Shown here piece after piece: positions 8,689-17,070 of a stretch of DNA of 64,000 nucleotides (positions are counted from its first letter, which is position 1; each line of letters starts with the position of its first letter). Under the pieces are notes generated by a model that saw only the letters and a program-made list of their open reading frames with translations, ran no database searches and was not told where the DNA came from. The stretch lies in IMG/VR virus record IMGVR_UViG_3300036770_008730. One strand, 5' to 3'. The DNA comes from a virus (lineage: Duplodnaviria > Caudoviricetes). The position numbers were made by a program, and so were the translations under genes.

Positions 8689-10980
8689 ATGAGAAAAGAG
8701 ATTTATGTATTAAAAAGAGATGGTCGCCAAGAGTTACTAAATTATGAAAAAATCAACAAGGTTCTTTTATGGGCAACAGAAGGTATTTCATCTGTTAGTG
8801 CATCCGATGTGGCTATGAACGCCAAATTACAAATTCATGATGGGATAAAAACCTCAGATATTCATAGAGTTTTGATACAGAGTGCTTCAGATATGATTAC
8901 TGAAGAAACACCAAACTACCAATTTGTGGCTTCTAAACTTTTAAACTATTTACTTAGGAAAGAAGTTTTTAATACCTACACAAATTTTCCAAGATTAAAG
9001 GATTTTATAAAATCAAATATTGAAAAGGGTGTTTATGATTCTGATGTTATTAATCATTATACGGAAAATGAGCTTGACAAAATTGAAGGATTTATTAAGC
9101 ATAAAAGAGATGAAGACTTGACTTATGCTGGTGTTCAACAATTAATGGATAAATATCTTGTTCAAAATAGAAAAACTGGAGATCATTATGAAACTCCTCA
9201 GTTTATGTATATGATGATTTCAATAACTCTTTTTGCTAAATATACTGGTGAAGACAGAATGGAAAAAATTAAAAGATTTTACGAGTTACTTTCTTTACAA
9301 AAGATTTCTCTTCCTACTCCTATTTTAGCTGGTGTTAGAACTCCAAACAAACAATTTTCATCTTGTGTCTTAATAGATGTGGCTGATGATTTGGATTCAA
9401 TTGGAGCATCCACACATGCTGTTTTAAGATACATTTCTAATAGAGCTGGTATCGGTCTTAACTTTAGATTAAGAGCTATTGGATCTGAAGTAAATGGTGG
9501 TGAGAAAGTTCATACTGGTTTAATTCCTTTCCTAAAAGTATTTGAATCAGCTGTTAAATCTTGTAGTCAAGGTGGTATCAGAGGTGGTGCGTCAACTGCC
9601 CATTATCCTTTCTGGCATAAAGAAATTATGGAGATCCTAGTGTTAAAAAACAATACAGGAAATGACCTTAATCGTGTTAGAAGAATGGATCATTCAATTC
9701 AATTATGTCGTTTATTCTATAAGAGATTTGTAGCTAAGGAAAACCTAACTCTTTTCTCACCAAATGATGTTCCGGATTTATATGAAGCATTTGGATATGA
9801 TAATGATAAGTTTGAATCACTTTATGCTAAGTATGAGAAAGATACTAAAATCTCTAAAGTAGTAATTCCAGCAGTTGAAGTAATGAACTTACTTCTTCAG
9901 GAAAGATTAGAGAATGGTAGAATTTACATTCAGAATTTAGATAATGCTAATACACACTCTGGTTTTATTGACAAAATCAATATGAGTAATTTATGTCAAG
10001 AAATCAATTTACCAACTACACCTTTTAAAGATGTTAATTCAGAAGAAGGTGAGATTGCACTTTGTGTACTTGGTGCTATCAATTTGGGAACTATTAAGGC
10101 TTTAGATGAATTAGAAGAAGTTTGTGAATACACGGTTAGAATGTTAGATTTTATTATTGAGATTCAAGATTATCCAGTTGCTGCAGCTAAAAAGATGTTG
10201 AAGAGAAGATCTTTAGGAGTTGGTGTTACTAACTTTGCTTATTGGTTAGCTAAAAATGGTTTAGATTACTCTAAAAACTCATTAGTTGAAATTGACCGTT
10301 TATTTGAACATATTCAATATTACTTATTGAAAGCTTCTAATAAATTGGCAAAAGAGTATGGTAAATGTGAATATTTTGATAAAACTAAGTATTCTTTAGG
10401 TCAATTACCAATCGACCATTATAACAAAAATATGGATACTCTGGTTAAAAGAGAATTTGAATGTGATTGGAATTCTCTTAGAAAAGATATTTTAGAATTT
10501 GGATTAAGAAATTCTGTTGTATCTGCTCAAATGCCTTGTGAAAGTTCTTCAGTTGTAAGTTCTTCAACTAATGGAATTGAGGCTCCGAGAAAATTAATCA
10601 CGGTGAAGAAATCAAAATCTGGCTCTCCACTTCCTGTTGTTGTTCCTGAAGTAAACAAATTAAAAAACAAATATTCAGTTTCATGGGGATTCAGTAACGA
10701 TGATATGAACAATGTTGTTGGTGTTATTCAAAAGTATTTTGACCAAGGTATTTCTGTAAATCATTACTACGATAAAAAGAAATACAAAGATGGTAATATT
10801 CCTCTTTCTGAAGTGGCTAAAGATATTATGACTTTTTACAAATTAGGAGGTAAACAAATCTATTACTCTAATTCAAAAGATTACAAATCTGACAAACTTG
10901 AAGATATTATCACAACAGAAAAGATTCATGTAATGGAAGAAGCTGGTGTAAATGATTGTGGAGATTCTTGCACAATTTAA
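8689..10980 (+). CDS. nrdA: ribonucleoside-diphosphate reductase class Ia alpha subunit with ATP cone
   Basis: N-terminal V.KRDG ATP cone, SSCVL, GGIRGG, SNLCQEI (thiyl Cys), AQMPCESSS, GGKQIYY, C-terminal CGDSCTI. Confidence 0.97.
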   Translation: MRKEIYVLKRDGRQELLNYEKINKVLLWATEGISSVSASDVAMNAKLQIHDGIKTSDIHRVLIQSASDMITEETPNYQFVASKLLNYLLRKEVFNTYTNFPRLKDFIKSNIEKGVYDSDVINHYTENELDKIEGFIKHKRDEDLTYAGVQQLMDKYLVQNRKTGDHYETPQFMYMMISITLFAKYTGEDRMEKIKRFYELLSLQKISLPTPILAGVRTPNKQFSSCVLIDVADDLDSIGASTHAVLRYISNRAGIGLNFRLRAIGSEVNGGEKVHTGLIPFLKVFESAVKSCSQGGIRGGASTAHYPFWHKEIMEILVLKNNTGNDLNRVRRMDHSIQLCRLFYKRFVAKENLTLFSPNDVPDLYEAFGYDNDKFESLYAKYEKDTKISKVVIPAVEVMNLLLQERLENGRIYIQNLDNANTHSGFIDKINMSNLCQEINLPTTPFKDVNSEEGEIALCVLGAINLGTIKALDELEEVCEYTVRMLDFIIEIQDYPVAAAKKMLKRRSLGVGVTNFAYWLAKNGLDYSKNSLVEIDRLFEHIQYYLLKASNKLAKEYGKCEYFDKTKYSLGQLPIDHYNKNMDTLVKREFECDWNSLRKDILEFGLRNSVVSAQMPCESSSVVSSSTNGIEAPRKLITVKKSKSGSPLPVVVPEVNKLKNKYSVSWGFSNDDMNNVVGVIQKYFDQGISVNHYYDKKKYKDGNIPLSEVAKDIMTFYKLGGKQIYYSNSKDYKSDKLEDIITTEKIHVMEEAGVNDCGDSCTI

Positions 10981-10987
10981 TAAAGTT

Positions 10988-11016
10988 AAAAGGAAGTTAA
11001 AACTTCCTTTTTTTTT
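10988..11016 (+). terminator. intrinsic terminator between nrdA and nrdB
   Basis: AAAAGGAAGT-taaa-ACTTCCTTTT followed by a T run. Confidence 0.7.
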
Positions 11017-11047
11017 CAACTATAAAAACTAACTCAATTAATAATTT

Positions 11048-12121
11048 ATGTTAAACATACTAAATCTCGACAACAGTGTTGACTACACTAAAATTCCAGT
11101 ATTCTTTGGTTCAAGAGGAATGTCCGTTCAAAGATATGACAAGTTCAAATATCCTGGATTCTTTGAACTTTTCAAGAAACAAATAAATGCTTTCTGGTTA
11201 CCAGAAGAATTCGACTTATCAAAAGATAGATTAGATTACAAAAATATGAGTGATAATGAGAAATTCATTTTTACCTCAAATTTGAAATATCAAATTTTAC
11301 TTGATAGTGTTCAGTCTCGTGGTATTCCTCATTTAACTGAAGATCTTTCAAATCCTGAGGTCGAAGCTTTTTGCTCAGCTTGGTCTTTTTTTGAGACTAT
11401 TCACTCTTATTCATACACTTTTATCATTAAAAATGTTTATGCTCAACCAGGTGAAGTATTTGATAATATCTTAAATGATAATGAAATTATTAAGAGAGCC
11501 TCATCTGTTACAAAGTATTATGATGATATGATTAACTCTTATGGAGAAACAGAACTAGATAAGAAAAAGAAGTTATACTTAACTTTAATGAGTGTAAATA
11601 TTTTAGAAGGTATCAGATTCTATGTTAGTTTTGCTTGTTCTTACGCTTTTGCACAGAATGGTAAAATGGAAGGTAATGCTAAAGTAATTTCTTTAATCAA
11701 TAAAGATGAAAACTTACACTTAGGGTTTACTCAAAAGATATTGAGAGATATGTCTATTAATAAGGAAGAGGGATTCTTTGACATTGCTAATGAGCTAAAA
11801 CCTAAAGTTGTTGAAATGTTTAAGTTGGCAGCAGAAGAAGAAATGGAATGGGCTGATTATCTTTTCCAAAATGGTTCTATGTTAGGATTAAATGCTGATA
11901 TCTTAAAAAAGTATATGATGTTTTTAACTAATTCAAGATTGAAAGCTATTGGTTTAGATCCTATTTTTGAAAAAGTTAATAATCCTATCAACTGGATTAA
12001 TGCTTGGACAAACTCTGAATCAGTTCAGGCAGCTCCACAAGAAACAGAAATCGAATCTTATAATAAGGCGGCTGTTAATAACGACTTAAGTGATAGTGAT
12101 TTTGGTGATTTTAATTTTTAA
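11048..12121 (+). CDS. nrdB: ribonucleoside-diphosphate reductase class Ia beta subunit
   Basis: FWLPEE, LDSVQ, FETIHS.SY, LEGIRFY.SF, DENLH diiron motifs, APQE.E..SY tail. Confidence 0.97.
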   Translation: MLNILNLDNSVDYTKIPVFFGSRGMSVQRYDKFKYPGFFELFKKQINAFWLPEEFDLSKDRLDYKNMSDNEKFIFTSNLKYQILLDSVQSRGIPHLTEDLSNPEVEAFCSAWSFFETIHSYSYTFIIKNVYAQPGEVFDNILNDNEIIKRASSVTKYYDDMINSYGETELDKKKKLYLTLMSVNILEGIRFYVSFACSYAFAQNGKMEGNAKVISLINKDENLHLGFTQKILRDMSINKEEGFFDIANELKPKVVEMFKLAAEEEMEWADYLFQNGSMLGLNADILKKYMMFLTNSRLKAIGLDPIFEKVNNPINWINAWTNSESVQAAPQETEIESYNKAAVNNDLSDSDFGDFNF

Positions 12122-12160
12122 TTAAACTTTTTTAATTTTTAATTAAACTTTTTTAATTTT
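12111..12160. repeat. 21-nt tandem repeat, about 2.4 copies
   Basis: ttaatttttaattaaactttt at 12111 and 12132, partial copy at 12153. Confidence 0.75.
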
Positions 12161-12227
12161 AATACTATAAATAATCCACCTCTGAAAAAAGAGAAATTTT
12201 AGAGGTTGATATATACAAAACAAATTC

Positions 12228-12237
12228 GTTCTTTAAC
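12228..12237 (+). promoter_or_regulatory. boxA-like antitermination element (putative)
   Basis: GTTCTTTAAC resembles the boxA consensus TGCTCTTTAACA; lies just after a GATATATAC promoter-like element and before the structured leader. Confidence 0.4.
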
Positions 12238-12253
12238 TTATTGAAACAATATT

Positions 12254-12570
12254 CCAGTAGCGAATTAAAGAGATACTTCGAGGTTTATGAAAAAAAACTC
12301 TTTAATAATTTACTCTGGTCAATATATAAAAAACAGACATAGTGATAGTTTGAGATACATCGTTTTAAACTACAATTCAAAAAAAAAGTGTCCGCTAATT
12401 AGCAAGACTACTGATGTCCGAGATTGAATACTCTGACTATAAGTGAAAAAATTCAGATAGCACTCTGTAAAAGGCTAAGGAATTCATCAAATTCCTTTAA
12501 ATAAATGGATGTGAGAGATGTACTTGTAAATATCGACAAAGTTTTGAGAGAATTCTTTGTGACAACTTAG
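12254..12570 (+). ncRNA. putative TROVE/Ro60-associated structured RNA array (Y-RNA-like)
   Basis: Non-coding; related hairpins with (A/G)TAC(T/A)T-type loop motifs (GAGATACTTCG 12270, GAGATACATCG 12352, GAATACTCTG 12426, GATGTACTTG 12517); TGTCCG...GACTA twice (12389-12410, 12415-12439); directly upstream of the TROVE gene. Confidence 0.55.
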
Positions 12571-12602
12571 ACTAAGTTTTCTTGTTTGTTAATTATTAAA
12601 AT

Positions 12603-12641
12603 GACCAGATTAAATTAATTTTTAATCTGGTCTTTTGTTTT
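12603..12641 (+). terminator. intrinsic terminator immediately upstream of the TROVE gene (possible attenuator)
   Basis: Perfect 12-bp stem GACCAGATTAAA-ttaatt-TTTAATCTGGTC followed by TTTTGTTTT, about 30 nt before the ATG. Confidence 0.75.
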
Positions 12642-12673
12642 AAAATACTTATTAATAAATAAAAATAGAAATT

Positions 12674-14125
12674 ATGGCAAAATTTAATGCAACCTTACCG
12701 AAACAAAAAACTTTAACCACTAACTTAGCTGGTGGTAAAGCTTACAAACAATCAGAAGAAATGGCTTTTCTTTCTTTGATATTAACATCTTTTGTTAATG
12801 ACCAGTTCTATCGTGGTGCTGATACCTCAATAGACGAGTTAAAGCAAATGGTCTCTAGTATCAAAGACAAAGAGTTTATGGCAAAGGCCGCTGTTTATGC
12901 TAGAGATAAGTTTGGTATGAGAAGTATTACACATGCTCTCGCTGGTGAATTATCATCTCACCTAACAGGTGCTGAATGGGGTAAAAACTTTTATGATAAA
13001 GTAGTAATCAGACCAGATGATATGACAGAAATCTTATCTTATTATTTAGAGAATAAAACTGATAAGAAAAATCCTAAGTTTCCAAATGCTATTAAGAAAG
13101 GTTTTGCTAAAGCTTTTGATAAGTTTGATAACTATCAAATAGCTAAATATAAAAACGAGAACAAAGAGTTTAAGTTAGTTGATGTTGTTAATCTGGTTCA
13201 CCCATCACCTAATACTAGAAACAAATCCGCTTTAGAATCTTTAATCAAAGGTGAGTTGAAAAATACTCAAACTTGGGAGTCTAAGTTGTCTTTAGCTGGT
13301 CAGTTAGCTGAGACAGAAGAAGATTTAACAAAGTTAAAATCGGATGCTTGGTCTGAACTGATTCTATCTAAGAAAATTGGATATATGGCTCTGTTAAAGA
13401 ATTTGAGAAATATTATTCAACAATCACCTGATTCGGTAGATTCGGCTTGTGAATTACTTACTAATGAAAGTATGATTAAATCATCAAGAGTTCTTCCTTT
13501 CCGTTTCACAACCGCTTATGAAGAATTACAAAAGTTAGATTCATCTGACCTTACTCGTAAAGTGATTATTGCACTTAACCAGGCTTTAGAAACATCACTT
13601 TGTAATGTTCCTAAGTTAGATGGTTCTACTTTGGTAGTTTTAGATGTTAGTGGTTCAATGATGGGTAAACCATCTGAGATTGCTTCACTTTTTGGAGCGG
13701 TGTTAGCTAAAGTAAACAATGCTGATGTCCTAACATTCTCAACTGACTCTAACTATCTTTCTTACAATCCAATTGATTCGGTATTAAGTATTAGAGAAGG
13801 ATTTAGATTTGCTGGTGGTGGAACAAACTTTCCATCAATCTTTAGAAAAGCGAATAAGTCCTACGACAACATAATAATTCTGAGTGATATGCAAGGTTGG
13901 ATTGGTGGTGATACTCCTGTTAATGAGTTTAATGCTTATAAGAAAAAGTATGGTTGTAATCCTCATGTATTTTCTTGGGATTTAGCGGGTTATTCAACTT
14001 TACAATTTCCCGAGAATCAGGTGTATTGTTTATCTGGTTTCTCTGATAAAGTGTTTCAAGTGATGTCTTTGTTAAAAGAAGATAAACAAGCACTTATTAA
14101 TCAGATTAAACAGATCCAGTTGTAA
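12674..14125 (+). CDS. TROVE-domain (Ro60/Rsr-like) RNA-binding protein with vWA domain
   Basis: N.AGGKAY, F.AKAAVYAR...GMRS, RPDDMTEIL, QTWE..LS, YMALLKNLRN, SRVLPFRF, MIDAS DVSGSM, GGT, IILSDMQ. Confidence 0.92.
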   Translation: MAKFNATLPKQKTLTTNLAGGKAYKQSEEMAFLSLILTSFVNDQFYRGADTSIDELKQMVSSIKDKEFMAKAAVYARDKFGMRSITHALAGELSSHLTGAEWGKNFYDKVVIRPDDMTEILSYYLENKTDKKNPKFPNAIKKGFAKAFDKFDNYQIAKYKNENKEFKLVDVVNLVHPSPNTRNKSALESLIKGELKNTQTWESKLSLAGQLAETEEDLTKLKSDAWSELILSKKIGYMALLKNLRNIIQQSPDSVDSACELLTNESMIKSSRVLPFRFTTAYEELQKLDSSDLTRKVIIALNQALETSLCNVPKLDGSTLVVLDVSGSMMGKPSEIASLFGAVLAKVNNADVLTFSTDSNYLSYNPIDSVLSIREGFRFAGGGTNFPSIFRKANKSYDNIIILSDMQGWIGGDTPVNEFNAYKKKYGCNPHVFSWDLAGYSTLQFPENQVYCLSGFSDKVFQVMSLLKEDKQALINQIKQIQL

Positions 14126-14129
14126 AAAG

Positions 14130-14157
14130 AAAACCACTCAATGAGTGGTTTTTTTGT
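14130..14157. terminator. bidirectional intrinsic terminator
   Basis: AAAACCACTC-aat-GAGTGGTTTT between convergent genes. Confidence 0.8.
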
Positions 14158-14196
14158 ATCTATTCTTCGATTCTATCTAATTCATACGAAACAAAA

Positions 14197-14967
14197 TTAT
14201 CCGTTGTAGTAGTAATTGAAGTCCTCTTCAATATACCATTCGATTGAAGCCTCTACTTCTCCCCAATCTATAGTAAAGGTTTTTGATTCATTATCATATT
14301 CACCAATTCCATAGATGTCATCTTCAGTGACAAATCCAACCATGATTATATCTTCTTGAATATTGTAATCTAAATACTTTTGTAAGTTTATACCAGTGCC
14401 AGTAACAGTTTGTCTTTTGTAATAATCTGTGAGTTGTTTTATACCTCTTTGGAATTCTGGTGTAAATTTTGATTTATTTAAATAATCGGAATATACTTTA
14501 TCTAATTCTTCCTTTTTGATAGTATCTGATTCAAACTGAATATCGAATCTATATTTGATTAGTTCATTTGATACCGTGCTTAAGTAATCGTTCTTTTTGA
14601 GTTTTATTCCTTTTTCAGAAACTCTACTAATCATAGGTTCAATAGAACCAATTATCATTGATAGCTTAGATTGTATTTGTTTGAATTGTTCGAACGTTCC
14701 GTTTTTTTCGGATAAGAATTGAATTGATATGCCATATTCAATTTTATATTGTTTATCTTTTTCTAAATCTACATTAATAATGTGTCCTCTTTCATCAACA
14801 ATATGACAACTTTTTGTGATTTCGAAATCTTTGTCATCTATTATATCCCATAAACTATCTTCAAATTCTGACCAATCTAAAGATTTAGACTTAATAAAAT
14901 CGTTTAATTCTCTGGATATACCAAATGATTCATTAATAAAAAAGTTTTCAAATCTTTTAATTTTCAT
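14197..14967 (-). CDS. hypothetical protein with capsid-targeting-like N-terminus
   Basis: MKIKRFENFFINE; TTTAATATATAC 4 nt upstream of the ATG. Confidence 0.7.
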   Translation of the reverse strand: MKIKRFENFFINESFGISRELNDFIKSKSLDWSEFEDSLWDIIDDKDFEITKSCHIVDERGHIINVDLEKDKQYKIEYGISIQFLSEKNGTFEQFKQIQSKLSMIIGSIEPMISRVSEKGIKLKKNDYLSTVSNELIKYRFDIQFESDTIKKEELDKVYSDYLNKSKFTPEFQRGIKQLTDYYKRQTVTGTGINLQKYLDYNIQEDIIMVGFVTEDDIYGIGEYDNESKTFTIDWGEVEASIEWYIEEDFNYYYNG

Positions 14968-14982
14968 AGAGTATATATTAAA

Positions 14983-15753
14983 TTACTTCCAAATTTTTTC
15001 AAGATTAATCTTTGAATTAATGTCTATAACTTTGTTTCCTTTTCTAAGAGTATATCTTTGTATAGGTGATAATCTTTTAACTATATTTGATACTTTTTTG
15101 ATTTCTGATTTATCCATATCATAATTAAATATTTGAATTAGATTTTCAATTTCACTAAAAGAAACTTGATTTTTTTGACCTAGAAAATAAGTAAAGTTAT
15201 AATTAAGATCATTATATTTTATTGCATCTGGATCTGTTGATTTACTAATCAAAAAATTAGTAAGACAGTTTTCGATGCCTATAGTTGGAAGAGTATATTT
15301 ATAACCATCTATTTTTATGTTTTTTTCTGATTTATCATATGATATTTTCAATTCTTCATCAAAAGTAAAATAGTTAAAGTGCTTAGGACTAAACTCTATA
15401 ATCTCTTCTTTACCATTTTCTTCATCGAAGTAATTTAATGATACAATCTTTCCTTTAGTGAAGTGTACTATTTCAAAAAAAATGAAAATTACATCGATGC
15501 TTTTTATATCACTGAAAGTATATCCATTAGAGAGTATTGTATTTTTCTCAACTACACTTTTCAATTTTTCAATTATTAGACCTAAGTTATCTCTAACATA
15601 TCCATACTCATATTCAATAATATCTTGTATATCGGCTTTCTTTATGAAAATTTCAAAGTCATCTTTGTAAAAAAGTCCTTGTGATGGAAGATTTTTAACA
15701 TCTAGTTTCTTCTGTATATTTAGTAAACCTTTAATTATATTAAGTAAATTCAT
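14983..15753 (-). CDS. possible baseplate hub assembly protein (T4 gp26-like); start refined to 15753
   Basis: LPSQGLFY early motif and overall size resemble gp26-type hub proteins; recognised by eye only. Confidence 0.4.
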   Translation of the reverse strand: MNLLNIIKGLLNIQKKLDVKNLPSQGLFYKDDFEIFIKKADIQDIIEYEYGYVRDNLGLIIEKLKSVVEKNTILSNGYTFSDIKSIDVIFIFFEIVHFTKGKIVSLNYFDEENGKEEIIEFSPKHFNYFTFDEELKISYDKSEKNIKIDGYKYTLPTIGIENCLTNFLISKSTDPDAIKYNDLNYNFTYFLGQKNQVSFSEIENLIQIFNYDMDKSEIKKVSNIVKRLSPIQRYTLRKGNKVIDINSKINLEKIWK

Positions 15754-15820
15754 ATGTAAATTAAATTTATATTTATATATTATTTTCCTATAAACGCTCA
15801 TGACATTTATATATAATATA

Positions 15821-16546
15821 ATGTTATTAAACGGTGATTGTTTTGAATACCTTAAAACTATAGAGTCTTCTTCTGTTGATTTGGTTTTAGTAGATCCGCC
15901 ATATGTTATTTCGAAAAAATCGTATTTTACGAAGCATTCATCTAGTGCCTCAAAAGAGATGGTTACTAAATATAACTTTTCTATTGATTTTGGAGATTGG
16001 GATAAACAAGAAATAGATTTAGATTCACTTTTTAGTGAGTATAACAGAGTGCTGAAGGATGGTGGTAGTCTAATAATATTCTATGATGTTTGGAAATCAT
16101 CAAAGATAAAACTATTTGCTGATAAGTATAAATTTAACCAGCCTCGTGTTGGTCAGTGGCAAAAAACAAATCCTGTTCCTATAAATTCAAAAGTAAATTA
16201 TCTTTCTAATTCAATAGAGTTCTTTTTTTCATTTGTTAAAGGTAAGAAACCCACATTCAATAGTTCCTATGACAATGGTGTTTATAAATATCCAATTTGT
16301 CATGGTGGTGAAAGAACAGAACATCCAACTCAAAAGCCTCTATCACTAATTAAAGATTTGGTGGAAAAACATTCAAATCCAGGAGACTTGATTTTAGATA
16401 CATTTGCTGGTTCTGGTACTACAGGAGAAGCTTGTACACTATTAAATAGAAAGTATATTTTAATCGAAAAGGATGAAAAATATTTCAAAATTTTAAAAAA
16501 TCGAATTGAAAATTTATCAACAAAATCAAATATAGATAATATATAA
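15821..16546 (+). CDS. orphan DNA amino-methyltransferase (N6A/N4C, beta class)
   Basis: GDC, catalytic DPPY before HPTQKP and SAM-binding DTFAGSGTT; no adjacent REase; start refined from 15800. Confidence 0.9.
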   Translation: MLLNGDCFEYLKTIESSSVDLVLVDPPYVISKKSYFTKHSSSASKEMVTKYNFSIDFGDWDKQEIDLDSLFSEYNRVLKDGGSLIIFYDVWKSSKIKLFADKYKFNQPRVGQWQKTNPVPINSKVNYLSNSIEFFFSFVKGKKPTFNSSYDNGVYKYPICHGGERTEHPTQKPLSLIKDLVEKHSNPGDLILDTFAGSGTTGEACTLLNRKYILIEKDEKYFKILKNRIENLSTKSNIDNI

Positions 16547-16565
16547 AAAAAAATAAAACTGTAAT

Positions 16566-16967
16566 ATGAGTATTAGAGTCAAAAATTCACAATTGACAAC
16601 TGACGCAATTCAATCAATAAATAATTTATTGGATTTGAATATAAATGCCACTGCTGCGTTTAGATTAACAAGAATAATAAAAGAATTATCTTCTATAGTT
16701 GAAGATAAGGTAAAAATGGAAAGAAGAATCTTAGATAAATATGTCGAGAAAGATGAATCTGGTAACCCCGTAAAGCCAAAAGATGAGAATGGAAATGAAA
16801 TTTCCGATTCTGTTAATATTCTAAATATGGATGAGTTCACAAAAGAAATGTCTCAATTAATGGAATTAGAAAATGAAATTGGATATGATCCTATCAAATT
16901 TGAGGACCTTCAATTAGAAACTGCAAAAGTTAAAGATTTAATGAAAATAGAATTTTTATTTGTATAA
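16566..16967 (+). CDS. hypothetical protein
   Basis: 133-aa ORF followed by a terminator. Confidence 0.7.
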   Translation: MSIRVKNSQLTTDAIQSINNLLDLNINATAAFRLTRIIKELSSIVEDKVKMERRILDKYVEKDESGNPVKPKDENGNEISDSVNILNMDEFTKEMSQLMELENEIGYDPIKFEDLQLETAKVKDLMKIEFLFV

Positions 16968-16984
16968 ATAAAAAACAATTTTTG

Positions 16985-17010
16985 AAAAGTCCGATTTTAT
17001 CGGACTTTTT
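16985..17010 (+). terminator. intrinsic terminator
   Basis: AAAAGTCCGAT-ttt-ATCGGACTTTT. Confidence 0.8.
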
Positions 17011-17070
17011 AGTTTTAAAATTAACAGAATGGTTATCAAAATTAATATATACTAAAAATTTACAGATTAG

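Noticed and set aside
6278-12121. Introns or inteins in the helicase and nrdA/nrdB
   Set aside because: ORFs are continuous and of normal length; no intein C/S...HN splice motifs or insertions seen
12254-12570. CRISPR array or tRNA cluster in the TROVE leader
   Set aside because: Repeats are short, degenerate and irregularly spaced with no constant repeat-spacer period; no cloverleaf or TTCGA T-loop could be built
15821-16546. Restriction-modification system
   Set aside because: No adjacent restriction endonuclease; an orphan methyltransferase is common in large phages
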